From contig CAZBJL010000004.1 in the NCBI GenBank assembly GCA_964492195.1, positions 3,621-67,620 of the forward strand: a DNA stretch of 64,000 nucleotides. Reading direction: 5' to 3'. Below the pieces are notes generated by a model. It did no database searches and was not told the origin of the DNA. It saw only the letters and a program-made list of their open reading frames with translations. Within the stretch, counting starts at the first letter, position 1. The number at the start of each line of letters is the position of its first letter. Made by a program: the position numbers and the translations under genes. This stretch comes from an uncultured Candidatus Saccharibacteria bacterium. GTDB taxonomy: Bacteria > Patescibacteriota > Minisyncoccia > Phycocordibacterales > DATGWK01. Below are positions 29,275 through 38,078 of the stretch, piece by piece.

Positions 29275-29718
29275 ATGAAAGTAATATTCAAACGCGATCT
29301 CGCAAAAATTGGCAAAAAGTACCAAGTCAAAAATGTTTCAAACGGATATGCAATAAATTTCCTTATCCCAAACGGATACGCGGTTGCAGCAACACCACAG
29401 GCGGAAAAAGAGCTTGAAACCCTCAAAATGACCATGGGTGCTGAAAAGAATATCCAGGACAGCTTGCTCCAAAAGAACCTTAAAACAATATCTGAAACGA
29501 AGCTCACCATTGCAAGCAAGGCAAATGAAAAAGGCCATTTGTTTTCTGGAATTCACAAAGAGCAAATCATTACTGAATTACAAAGCCAAATGCATATTGG
29601 CGTTCCTACAGATTTTGTTCATCTCGAAAAACCTCTCAAAGAAATAGGGGAGCATAAGGTAAAAATTGGCAGTGAAGATAAGAACGTAACACTCATGGTT
29701 CACATCGTTGCGGCGTAG
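29275..29718 (+). CDS. rplI: 50S ribosomal protein L9
   Basis: MKVIFKRDLAKIGKKYQVKNVSNGYAINFLIP...; 147 aa. Confidence 0.9.
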   Translation: MKVIFKRDLAKIGKKYQVKNVSNGYAINFLIPNGYAVAATPQAEKELETLKMTMGAEKNIQDSLLQKNLKTISETKLTIASKANEKGHLFSGIHKEQIITELQSQMHIGVPTDFVHLEKPLKEIGEHKVKIGSEDKNVTLMVHIVAA

Positions 29719-29735
29719 TTCTAAAATAGAGACAA

Positions 29736-29767
29736 GAAAAAACCACCCGAGCAACGGGTGGTTTTTA
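29736..29767. terminator. Bidirectional rho-independent terminator between convergent rplI and rpmA
   Basis: aaaaaa-ACCACCCG-agcaa-CGGGTGGT-ttttt: 8-bp GC-rich stem flanked by an A-run and a T-run. Confidence 0.75.
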
Positions 29768-29768
29768 A

Positions 29769-30041
29769 TTATGCGATGTGGAGAATCTTTTTGATTTTTG
29801 ACTTGCCATCGAAGTGAGTTCGACGAGTTTGGGCAATGACAACAGTGCCTTCTTTAAGGGCGTAGAGAGTGTGGTCTGAACCAGTACCAACATTTCGGCC
29901 AGGAAGGACGTCTGTACCTCTTTGGCGCACGATAACAGCGCCAGCTTGCGCATGTTCGCCTGCATTTACCTTAATACCTAAGTATTTTGGATTTGAATCT
30001 CTCCCGTTTTTTGTTGAGCCACCGGCCTTTTTTGTTGCCAT
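29769..30041 (-). CDS. rpmA: 50S ribosomal protein L27
   Basis: [24 protein letters not shown]...; 90 aa. Confidence 0.95.
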   Translation of the reverse strand: MATKKAGGSTKNGRDSNPKYLGIKVNAGEHAQAGAVIVRQRGTDVLPGRNVGTGSDHTLYALKEGTVVIAQTRRTHFDGKSKIKKILHIA

Positions 30042-30061
30042 ATGTTTGGTATAATTACCCC

Positions 30062-30427
30062 ATGAGTATACTCAATGGCAGTAAAAAAATCAATATCTTG
30101 GTCCTTATCAGCATAATCGTCGTTCTCGGCTTCACGTTTGCCTTCGGAGGCCTTAAATTGAAGGCTTTGTGGGATAAAAAAGAGCCTTTGCAAATTATTC
30201 AGCCAAATCCTACCACACCAAAGACCACCGAAAATCAAAAACCGTTTGTAAAGATTCGGCCGGTTGTGGCTTCGAAAAATGGTACCACATACCACCTTCT
30301 CGATTGTCCTGGTGCCAAAACAATAGAAGAGAAGAATAAGATTTATTTTAAAGACGAGGCATCTGCCCAAAGTGCAGGCTATGAACCAGCTCAAAACTGT
30401 ATTGGTTTAATCCCTCCCCACGAATAA
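30062..30427 (+). CDS. Small membrane-anchored protein with a C-terminal Ada-metal-binding-like motif
   Basis: Start taken at the Met after rpmA, which avoids an antisense overlap. TM helix ([17 protein letters not shown]). C-terminal [39 protein letters not shown] resembles the Ada N-terminal zinc domain pattern (YH..C....N..F.S..EA..AGY.PC..C), but only two of the four Cys residues are present. Confidence 0.45.
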   Translation: MSILNGSKKINILVLISIIVVLGFTFAFGGLKLKALWDKKEPLQIIQPNPTTPKTTENQKPFVKIRPVVASKNGTTYHLLDCPGAKTIEEKNKIYFKDEASAQSAGYEPAQNCIGLIPPHE

Positions 30428-30428
30428 T

Positions 30429-31016
30429 ATGATTGTTGTCGACGTAGAAACGACGGGTACAGACCCTCAAAAGCACTCTTTGGTAAGTATTGGCGCTATT
30501 GATTTCGACAACCCTACAGAGCAGTTTTATGAAGAATGCCGGATCTGGGAAGGGGCTCATATTGACCCCGCAGCTATGGTTGTAAACGGCTTTAGTGAAG
30601 AAGATGTTCGTACTCAAAACAAGCCCGAAGAAGGGGAAATCGTAAAGCATTTCTTCACCTGGTTTGAGGGAAGGGGAAACCAGCTTGTGGCGGCCCAAAA
30701 CCCGATGTTCGATCTCGGTTTCCTCCAGGCAGCGGCAATTCGTCACCACATAGACATAAAACTGGCTCATAGGTCGCTCGACCTTCATACAGTGACGTAT
30801 TTCCATATGATTAAGGCGAATGTCCTTCCACCGGTTAAAAATAAGAAAAGTGATATAAATTCCGACGGAATAATGGCGTACGTGGGTATTCCAGCAGAAC
30901 CAAAGCCACACATTGCGCTCAATGGGGCAGTGTGGGAGGCAGAAGCGCTCTCAAGACTCCTTTTTGGACGCTCTCTTCTACCCCAATTCTCCCAATTTCC
31001 TATTCCTTGGCTGTAA
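30429..31016 (+). CDS. DnaQ-like 3'-5' exonuclease (DEDDh family)
   Basis: Exo I motif VVDVETTG; later HIALNGAVWEAE (Exo III-like H..D/E); 195 aa. Confidence 0.75.
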   Translation: MIVVDVETTGTDPQKHSLVSIGAIDFDNPTEQFYEECRIWEGAHIDPAAMVVNGFSEEDVRTQNKPEEGEIVKHFFTWFEGRGNQLVAAQNPMFDLGFLQAAAIRHHIDIKLAHRSLDLHTVTYFHMIKANVLPPVKNKKSDINSDGIMAYVGIPAEPKPHIALNGAVWEAEALSRLLFGRSLLPQFSQFPIPWL

Positions 31017-31153
31017 GTGTTCAGTGGTTGCCAACGTCTCACACCAAAAAATCACTTTTTTGAATAAAAATTAAGAGCGATTTTAGTGAAAATATGGCTA
31101 TACATAGGCCTTTTTTAGCCATAGTTTATACAATGAAATTCGCATTTTGTCAT

Positions 31154-31182
31154 TGACAAGGGTAGGAGAATATGCTAATATA
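31154..31182 (+). promoter_or_regulatory. Sigma-70-type promoter (TTGACA-17-TAATAT)
   Basis: ttgaca 31154..31159, 17-nt spacer, taatat 31177..31182. Lies upstream of the secreted lysozyme-like gene. Confidence 0.5.
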
Positions 31183-31190
31183 TTTATGTT

Positions 31191-31220
31191 GCTCAGTTGT
31201 AATGACTGAGCTTTTGTTTT
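31191..31220 (+). promoter_or_regulatory. Terminator-like hairpin directly downstream of the promoter (leader attenuator, or terminator of the upstream operon)
   Basis: GCTCAGT-tgtaatg-ACTGAGC followed by ttttgtttt. It begins about 2-10 nt after the predicted TSS. A second hairpin, ggatta-tcaa-taatcc, lies at 31225..31240. Confidence 0.4.
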
Positions 31221-31260
31221 GAAGGGATTATCAATAATCCGTCAAAAGAACTAAAAATAT

Positions 31261-31719
31261 ATGATAAATATAACAGCACTTGGACTCTATATGTTGCTTA
31301 CCGGAATCACTGGTAACCCTGGCGCAGTTCAACCTCCAAAAATGACTGATACGACTGTCCTTGTTGAAAGAACTAAGGAAGAGTCGACAAACGAAATTGA
31401 TAAGAGCGTTGAAGCCCATGTTCGTGATTACTTCTCCGATATTCCAATTATGGTTGAGGTTGCACGATGTGAGTCGCACTTTCGACAGGTTGGTTCAAAC
31501 GGTAAAATTATTCGTGGTATTGAAAACCCGAACGACGTCGGAGTTATGCAAATTAACGAAGACTACCATCTTGAACAGGCGAAGAAGCTCGGTATGGACG
31601 TGTACACCCTTGATGGTAACCTCGAATATGCTCGTTACCTTTATGAGAAGCAAGGTGCTCGCCCATGGTTAGCTTCATCTCCATGTTGGGCAAAAACAAA
31701 AGAATTAGCGATGAGATAA
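31261..31719 (+). CDS. Secreted lytic transglycosylase/lysozyme-like domain protein
   Basis: Signal peptide (MINITALGLYMLLTGITG). ...EVARCESHFRQV...NDVGVMQINEDYH... resembles the SLT/lysozyme-like catalytic Glu-Ser and GLMQ-type motifs. Confidence 0.55.
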   Translation: MINITALGLYMLLTGITGNPGAVQPPKMTDTTVLVERTKEESTNEIDKSVEAHVRDYFSDIPIMVEVARCESHFRQVGSNGKIIRGIENPNDVGVMQINEDYHLEQAKKLGMDVYTLDGNLEYARYLYEKQGARPWLASSPCWAKTKELAMR

Positions 31720-31734
31720 TCGCATTCACGAAAG

Positions 31735-31758
31735 AGTCGGCCTTGGCCGGCTTTTTTG
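31735..31758 (+). terminator. Rho-independent terminator
   Basis: agtcggc-cttg-gccggct followed by tttttt. Confidence 0.65.
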
Positions 31759-31987
31759 TTGTCTGAAAAATGACACAAAATAAATCTCGAGAAAATTTAA
31801 ATATTAAAACAGGAACGGTAGGGAGAAGTGGTTTTTAAATGTTTGAATCCATAGAACCTTCTTATAGGTAAGAGTCGCACAATATATGTTTTGCGACACT
31901 AAGCCTAGAGTAAAGGGGCCTTTTATTTCAAACCACTTCCCTACAGATTAAATGTAAAAAAAAGACTGATTGGTCGAACGCACACAA

Positions 31988-32980
31988 TTAATTATTTTGT
32001 TCAGAAAATATTTCTTTCGCTCTCTTCCAAAATTCTGGATGATTATTTTCCTTCATGTAATACCACCATTCAGCGCCCCATAAATATTGTTTTTCAAAAC
32101 CTGATTTTTTAGCAAATTCAATCGCATGATTAAATTTATCAATGTTCATCTGACTTAACGCAGTATCCATCGATACATCTACAATTGGCTGCAAAAGCCA
32201 TGGTTCGGCTGAGAGTTCGATCAATAGTACCTCTTTTTTGCCATTCACGAGCTCAATTATGTTTCTTTTGATTCTAAAAAACGCTGGGGTAATCGGATAG
32301 CGAATTTGGCCGAGTTTGTGATTCCAGATATAGAGATACATGCTTGTGCCAAATAAATCTCCAGAATTGTACGCTTTGTACCACAAACCAAGTTCGCCGC
32401 TGTCTGTGACAAGAATTTTGTGAGTTGAATCAAGTGAACGAACAAGAGCAACTTCGGTATTTAAAAATTCTCGATCAAAGAAATCTCCGCAATTATTTTT
32501 GGCAAAGAATGAAAGGAACGGTTCGTTTTCGATCTGCCATTCAGAAATTGCCGGTGAATTTTTGTATCGAGTAACAACTGCGGTTATGTACGTGAGAACT
32601 TCTGCACGCTTTTCTTCTTTTGAAAGGTTTTTTGCCCAGTCTGGTTCGTGACATTCTGGCCAGCCAGGCAAACGTCGTCCAACCGCAAGAATTACCCTCG
32701 CGTCGTGCTTTTCTGCCTCTTTGATCTGATAATCAAGCTCTGACCAATTGAAAGAATCTTTTTTGGGTTCGGTGAGCGGCCAATGAGCTGAAAGGCGAAA
32801 TTTCGTGACCCCAAGGTCGTTTAAAAGTGAATCGTAGACCTTTTTCCAGTCCAACTTGAGCTCTTGGGAATGGAATACGCTAAATGAGACGCCATAGGTA
32901 ACTGTGTCTGGAATTTTTCTGATTGAAAGGAGATAGAGACATCCGGCAATAATAATGACGACAATTAAAAGTTTTTTCAT
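31988..32980 (-). CDS. Lipoprotein glycoside hydrolase, clan GH-A TIM-barrel (GH5/GH113-like)
   Basis: Lipobox (IIIAGC). Catalytic acid-type NEP motif (WQIENEPF). Aromatic-rich (beta/alpha)8-like pattern. The family assignment is tentative. Confidence 0.5.
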   Translation of the reverse strand: MKKLLIVVIIIAGCLYLLSIRKIPDTVTYGVSFSVFHSQELKLDWKKVYDSLLNDLGVTKFRLSAHWPLTEPKKDSFNWSELDYQIKEAEKHDARVILAVGRRLPGWPECHEPDWAKNLSKEEKRAEVLTYITAVVTRYKNSPAISEWQIENEPFLSFFAKNNCGDFFDREFLNTEVALVRSLDSTHKILVTDSGELGLWYKAYNSGDLFGTSMYLYIWNHKLGQIRYPITPAFFRIKRNIIELVNGKKEVLLIELSAEPWLLQPIVDVSMDTALSQMNIDKFNHAIEFAKKSGFEKQYLWGAEWWYYMKENNHPEFWKRAKEIFSEQNN

Positions 32981-33876
32981 AAAAAGAGGACAAAGAATCC
33001 AATAACTATTAAACCTGTTGCAAGGGATTTATGTAGAAACTCATGACGGTGAACTGTTTCCTCAAAATATTCTGGCATGAGGCGACTAAAGAATATTGCA
33101 AAAATAAGGAGGAACATATACTGCGTTGCGCTCAAGGCGTTTACGAGCGTGGCGTTCCCAGACTTAAGCGCAATTAAAATACATAAGAAACCTAGACCTG
33201 CCAACACCTTGTTCCCTATTATCAAAACAGTTTTGTTTGCTTTGCTTTTATGTTGATTTGGTTTCCTTAAATCTTTTTTAATTTCTTTATAAAAGGTAGG
33301 GACCAGTAAAAAAGAAAGTGCGACTACTACGTTTGCCATTCGGGACCAGAAAAAGCCGTTGATGAACGTTTCATTTTGAAGGAGGAGCTTCATGATGACT
33401 GTTGAAAAACCGAAAAAGATTCCGGACCCAGAAAGGAAGAATAATGATTGCTTTGTAAATTTGAAGTGAGAGATGAGAAGCATTCCAATGACAAGAATTG
33501 TGAAACCAATGAGAAAATTATTTGGTAGATTTTCATTTAAAATAAATGCGCTGCTGATGAATGCAGAAATTGCGGCTACCCCACCGACAACTGGTACGAC
33601 CTCCGAAGCGTTTGATTTGATGAGGGATTTGTAGAGCAAGAAAATCGAAATGGCATAACTTATTGCTGCAATAAATGAAATACCAATGGTTGCTGGAGTT
33701 GGAATTGTGACACCAAAAGGCAATGCGCCAATAGCAAATATAGACAGAACTCCTACATAAAAGGTGTAGACAACGGGCTTTGAAACAACACCTTCATTCA
33801 CTATGAATCGATCAACAAGCACGGCAACTGCGTAGAGAAACTGTCCGATGATTACAAATAAAAGCCAGGTAGTCAT
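32977..33876 (-). CDS. EamA/DMT-family transporter (10 TM)
   Basis: 299 aa with two EamA-like halves of about 5 TM each. 4-nt overlap with the downstream gene. Confidence 0.75.
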   Translation of the reverse strand: MTTWLLFVIIGQFLYAVAVLVDRFIVNEGVVSKPVVYTFYVGVLSIFAIGALPFGVTIPTPATIGISFIAAISYAISIFLLYKSLIKSNASEVVPVVGGVAAISAFISSAFILNENLPNNFLIGFTILVIGMLLISHFKFTKQSLFFLSGSGIFFGFSTVIMKLLLQNETFINGFFWSRMANVVVALSFLLVPTFYKEIKKDLRKPNQHKSKANKTVLIIGNKVLAGLGFLCILIALKSGNATLVNALSATQYMFLLIFAIFFSRLMPEYFEETVHRHEFLHKSLATGLIVIGFFVLFL

Positions 33877-33879
33877 GAT

Positions 33880-35046
33880 TTAATTTTCTATTTCAATAAC
33901 ATTTGTTTCACAGATATTTTTATACACATACGCTGATGGGCGGATATGTCTCTGTTGAGTTACAAAATCAACTTCAATAAGACCGAAACGTTTTTCAAAC
34001 CCAAATGTCCATTCGTAATTATCCATGATTGACCAATGAAGATATCCACGGACATCAACACCATCTTGAATTGCGCGATGGATTTGGGCTAAATGGTCGA
34101 TGATGAACTTCCCTCTCTGTGCGTCAGTTGCATCGGCTAAACCATTTTCCATTATATACACAGGTTTTTGATATCGAGTGAGTTCTTTTAACACCCCGTA
34201 TATTCCTTCGGGATAAATACTCCAGCCCATATCAGTTTTGGGCAAATCGAGTGTTCCGCCAAGAAGCATGTAGAAATAATAATTTAAACCAATAAAGTCT
34301 AAATGTTTTTGAGTTTTGTTAAGAAAACGATGATTTATCCAGTGATATAAAAACTTTGCAGCAATAAAATTTATTGGATTCAATCCTCTGCTTTCAAAAA
34401 GAACATTGTCTTTCGCGACTCCAATGCTTATATCTGGTCGGATTTTTTTTACTGCCGCACTGGCAGCATTGTGAGCTTTGATTAAGTTATTACAGACCTT
34501 TAGGTACGCAATTGTATCTTTTCGAAATGGTGGCCAATATTTGCGAATGTAGCCGTTATGACTGTAGCCAGAGGGTTCGTTTATGAGTACGAGAAACTGC
34601 ACGTCAGGTAAGATTTCTTTAGTAACAAATTCAGCGTATTTTTTGAATCGCTCAATTGATTTTTTATTTTCAAAACCGCCGTCTTTTGAAAACCATAACG
34701 GCAGCGTAAAGTGCCAGAGCGTAATGAAAGGTTCCAATCCTCGAACTTTGAGTGCGTTGATTACATTTCGGTAATGAGCAACTTCTTTGTGGTCAAACTT
34801 CCCTTCTTCGGGTTCGATTCGAGCCCATTCAATAGATATTCGATGGCTGTTGTGACCGAGCTTCTGGGCATTGTTAAAATCTTCTTCGTATCGGTTGTAC
34901 TGATCGCATGCAGCACCACACACAGGGACTTTTCCCTGCTTCGCTGCTTCAGCCCAATCGCAATTTTCGATGCCGCCTTCAACTTGATATGAAGCTGATG
35001 CCGCGCCCCATAAAAATTTTTCTGGAAATCGGAGAATGTGTTTCAT
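33880..35046 (-). CDS. Glycoside hydrolase family 1 beta-glucosidase
   Basis: N-terminal FLWGAASASYQVEG; acid/base LINEPS; nucleophile YIMENG; 388 aa. Confidence 0.85.
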   Translation of the reverse strand: MKHILRFPEKFLWGAASASYQVEGGIENCDWAEAAKQGKVPVCGAACDQYNRYEEDFNNAQKLGHNSHRISIEWARIEPEEGKFDHKEVAHYRNVINALKVRGLEPFITLWHFTLPLWFSKDGGFENKKSIERFKKYAEFVTKEILPDVQFLVLINEPSGYSHNGYIRKYWPPFRKDTIAYLKVCNNLIKAHNAASAAVKKIRPDISIGVAKDNVLFESRGLNPINFIAAKFLYHWINHRFLNKTQKHLDFIGLNYYFYMLLGGTLDLPKTDMGWSIYPEGIYGVLKELTRYQKPVYIMENGLADATDAQRGKFIIDHLAQIHRAIQDGVDVRGYLHWSIMDNYEWTFGFEKRFGLIEVDFVTQQRHIRPSAYVYKNICETNVIEIEN

Positions 35047-35172
35047 TGGGATTATTCAAGAAGACCTTCCCACCATTCAAACGTGAAATGCATAAAAAGG
35101 TAGAGCGGGCCGTAAATCGGTAGTAACAAGAAAAACAGGATTGTGTTGATGACTTTCATACGTAATTGTATA

Positions 35173-35379
35173 TCAGAAATTCTTACTAATAAAATTTCTA
35201 ATGAATTGCACGAGTGCTTGCAGTGGCTCTTTCAAATGATCATTCCAGAGTGTGAGAAAGAAATTTTGAACTTCTGGTTTTCTAAACCAGGCTAATACGT
35301 CAATATGAAGCCAAAACTTTAAAAGCAAAATGGCAGCAATGACAAGAAGTATTGTTGATATGAATCCTCGATTTTTCAT
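35173..35379 (-). CDS. Small membrane protein (68 aa), hypothetical
   Basis: ATG 35379 lies 2 nt after the M23 peptidase stop. MKNRGFISTILLVIAAILLL has a single TM. The upstream part of track ORF 35173..35565 overlaps the peptidase and is not used. Confidence 0.35.
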   Translation of the reverse strand: MKNRGFISTILLVIAAILLLKFWLHIDVLAWFRKPEVQNFFLTLWNDHLKEPLQALVQFIRNFISKNF

Positions 35380-35380
35380 T

Positions 35381-36688
35381 TTAAAAATAGAGCAATGGGT
35401 TGAGGTATGCGCGAATGTCAGCAACGGGAATGATTGCGTTTTTGCAATTAATACTGTTTTCGTATTTAACAATCTTAACACCTTGCGATGCATATACGCC
35501 AAAGTGAAGATGTGCGCCAGCTGGCCCTGCTGGAACAACGTAGCCTGTGTAGCCGCTGTATCCAACGATGTCGCCAGTTGCTACGCGTTGACCCGGAGTA
35601 ACTTTGATCAAACTTAAATGAGCGTAGAGGCTTGAAAGCCCGTTGTCGTGTCGCACAAGGACCCATCTGCCGTATGAAAAACATCCTGGTACAACGTCTG
35701 TATCGCCAACACCTTCCACGGTGCCGGTAAGTACCGCCATGACTTTTGTACCTGTTGTGGCTCTAAAATCAACACCGTTGTGACCTTTGCCGTTATAGGC
35801 ATTTGTTGTTTTGGAAAATTCAGTATCACCGAAATACTGCGTAATATAAATATTTTCAAGCGGCCAGGTAAGAATTCCCTCACCCGCGCTTGGGTAGCTG
35901 CTTGGATTGATAATAAATTTGAGTTGGCTTTCGTATTGATTCAATTCCTGTCGAAAGGCTTCACCAAGACGCTTTTTTTCTTCGAGTTGAAGTTTATATG
36001 TTGCTTCTTTGCTTTGAGTAACAGAAAGGAGTTTGGTTTTTTCGGATTTGTTTATATCAGCAATTTTTTTCTGATCTTCAAGCGTTCCCTTAAGTCCGAG
36101 CAAGCTTACTTTTTTTGTTTCAGTTGCTTCTTTCTTTTGAGCGAGCTGCTTTTTTAATTCCCGTACCGCTTCAATGTTGCCCTTAAGTGCGGTTTGAAAT
36201 CTACTTAATGATTCAATTTCATTCCATACATCGGCAGCAGTGTCGTGTGCAAGAAGAATCTCAACCATAGAAAAATTTTCTGCTTGGTTCGAAGCGCGGA
36301 TCGCCCCTCCAAGTGCGGACTGACTCGTTTGAATTTTCTTCTCACCGTCAATAATTTCTGATTCAAGTTCTGAAATGCTTAGGCTTGTCGCGCTCACCTG
36401 GTTTTGGGTAATTTCGAGCTCTTTTGCAAGTTTGCTTCGCTGAGTGTCGAGTACGCTGATGGTGCTTTTGAGTGTCTGACCTTCTTTTGCTGTTTCCTGG
36501 ATTTGCCCATCAAGCTGTTTGATTTCTTTATTCAACTGCTCGATTTTGGCATTTCGATCAGCAATATTTTTCTTAATTGTTTCTATTGCAGCATCGTCAG
36601 CTCCTTGTGCATTTTTAAACTGGGGACCACCAAGTACGAGGAGGAGTAAAAGAAAGAGAAGACTGATTTTAAACAGTGCTCTATTCAT
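35381..36688 (-). CDS. M23-family peptidoglycan DD-metalloendopeptidase with N-terminal coiled-coil (EnvC-like)
   Basis: Signal peptide, about 230-aa coiled-coil, C-terminal LytM domain (HNGVDF...YAHLS...GYTGY...HLHFGVY). Confidence 0.85.
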   Translation of the reverse strand: MNRALFKISLLFLLLLLVLGGPQFKNAQGADDAAIETIKKNIADRNAKIEQLNKEIKQLDGQIQETAKEGQTLKSTISVLDTQRSKLAKELEITQNQVSATSLSISELESEIIDGEKKIQTSQSALGGAIRASNQAENFSMVEILLAHDTAADVWNEIESLSRFQTALKGNIEAVRELKKQLAQKKEATETKKVSLLGLKGTLEDQKKIADINKSEKTKLLSVTQSKEATYKLQLEEKKRLGEAFRQELNQYESQLKFIINPSSYPSAGEGILTWPLENIYITQYFGDTEFSKTTNAYNGKGHNGVDFRATTGTKVMAVLTGTVEGVGDTDVVPGCFSYGRWVLVRHDNGLSSLYAHLSLIKVTPGQRVATGDIVGYSGYTGYVVPAGPAGAHLHFGVYASQGVKIVKYENSINCKNAIIPVADIRAYLNPLLYF

Positions 36689-38075
36689 TATTTTTTAATT
36701 TGCTTTCGGCCAAGGCAAGACGTGTGAGACTTTCTTTTCTTCCAAGAAGTGCAATGAGAGTGAACGGATCAGGAGATTTATTTTTGCCAGTAAGCGCAAA
36801 ACGGATTGGCCAGAGAACTGCGCCGCGGCCGTGTTCGGTGGCGTAGTTCCACACAAGTCCTTTTACACTTTCGCTCTCTGTTAACGCTGCATCCGGAGCA
36901 TTTTCAATAATCGCAATGATCTCTCGCAAAAATTCTTGAGTTCTTTCGGAATCTTTTTCGTCTCTCCAAAGTAAGTCTTTGATATCGTACTCTGGGCTTT
37001 CAAATAAATAATCAAAATCTCCCGCGTCAAACAAAGCGACGATGTCTGAATATACATCAATTCTGTCAATTAAAGCCGGCACAAGTTTTACCAAAAGTTC
37101 ATCAGAAAGTTTCCATTTCTTTTCTTTGTATACCGCTGAACTTTCGATAAATGGTCGGATTTCAAGAGCGATTTCCTGATGCGTTTTCCTTTTCAAATAT
37201 TCTCTGTTGACCCAGCGAAGTTTTTCTTCGTTATATACCGCGCCTGCTTTTTGGACTTGGGCAATATTAAATCGCTTTATGAGTTCCGCTGGTGTAAAAA
37301 ATTCCTCCTCTGTTCCAGGATTCCATCCAAGCATCGCCATATAATTAATAATTGCTTCAGGGAAGTATCCTTGGTCTTTGAAATATTTAAGAGAAATTTT
37401 TTCGCCGTGTTTGCGTTTTGAAAGTTTCGTTCGATCGCTTGAAAGAATAAGCGGTAAATGCGCATATATTGGCCGTGGAGCGCCGATTGCTTCTTGGATG
37501 AGGATTTGTCGCGGAGTGTTTGAAATATGATCTTCGCCGCGAATAATGTGGGTTACGCCTGCTTCGAAATCATCAATAACAACAGCCAAATGATATACCG
37601 GCTCGGTAAGGCTTCGTGCAATGACAAAATCACCGAGTTCCTTTGTGTCAAAAGAAATTTCACCGCGAATAAGATCGGTAAAGGTAATATTTTTATTTGG
37701 GTTTTTAAAACGGATTACTTCTGGCCGTTTTGTTGGGTCGCCGCCGGTGTCTTCTTTTGAAACATACGCAAAACCGTCTTTGATTATTTTTTCTAGATAC
37801 AGACGGTACACCTCCCCTCTTTCTGACTGTCGAAGGATTTTTTTATTATCCCAGTGCAAACCAAGCCACGTGAGGTTCGCAATAAGTTCAGTTTCGTATT
37901 CTTTTGTGGACCGTTCTTTGTCCGTATCTTCAACCCGAAAAATAAATTCTCCGTCATGCTGTTTTGCGTACAGAAAATTATAAATTGCAGTACGAACATT
38001 TCCCATTTGCAAAAGACCTGTCGGACTTGGTGGAAATCGAGTAATTATTTTTTTGTAATTTTCGGAGTTTTTCAT
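36681..38075 (-). CDS. gltX: Glutamyl-tRNA synthetase
   Basis: TRFPPSPTGLLQMGNVRTAIYNFLYAKQHDGEFIFRVEDTD and KLSKR; 464 aa. Confidence 0.9.
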   Translation of the reverse strand: MKNSENYKKIITRFPPSPTGLLQMGNVRTAIYNFLYAKQHDGEFIFRVEDTDKERSTKEYETELIANLTWLGLHWDNKKILRQSERGEVYRLYLEKIIKDGFAYVSKEDTGGDPTKRPEVIRFKNPNKNITFTDLIRGEISFDTKELGDFVIARSLTEPVYHLAVVIDDFEAGVTHIIRGEDHISNTPRQILIQEAIGAPRPIYAHLPLILSSDRTKLSKRKHGEKISLKYFKDQGYFPEAIINYMAMLGWNPGTEEEFFTPAELIKRFNIAQVQKAGAVYNEEKLRWVNREYLKRKTHQEIALEIRPFIESSAVYKEKKWKLSDELLVKLVPALIDRIDVYSDIVALFDAGDFDYLFESPEYDIKDLLWRDEKDSERTQEFLREIIAIIENAPDAALTESESVKGLVWNYATEHGRGAVLWPIRFALTGKNKSPDPFTLIALLGRKESLTRLALAESKLKNNE

Positions 38076-38078
38076 ATA

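Noticed and set aside
29987-30061. Upstream extension of ORF 29987..30427
   Set aside because: It would overlap rpmA antisense by 55 nt. The internal Met at 30062 gives a clean TM-first protein.
31017-31150. Possible tRNA or other RNA in the AT-rich gap after the exonuclease gene
   Set aside because: It contains only A/T-rich weak hairpins (e.g. tatggcta...tagccata). No cloverleaf could be drawn.
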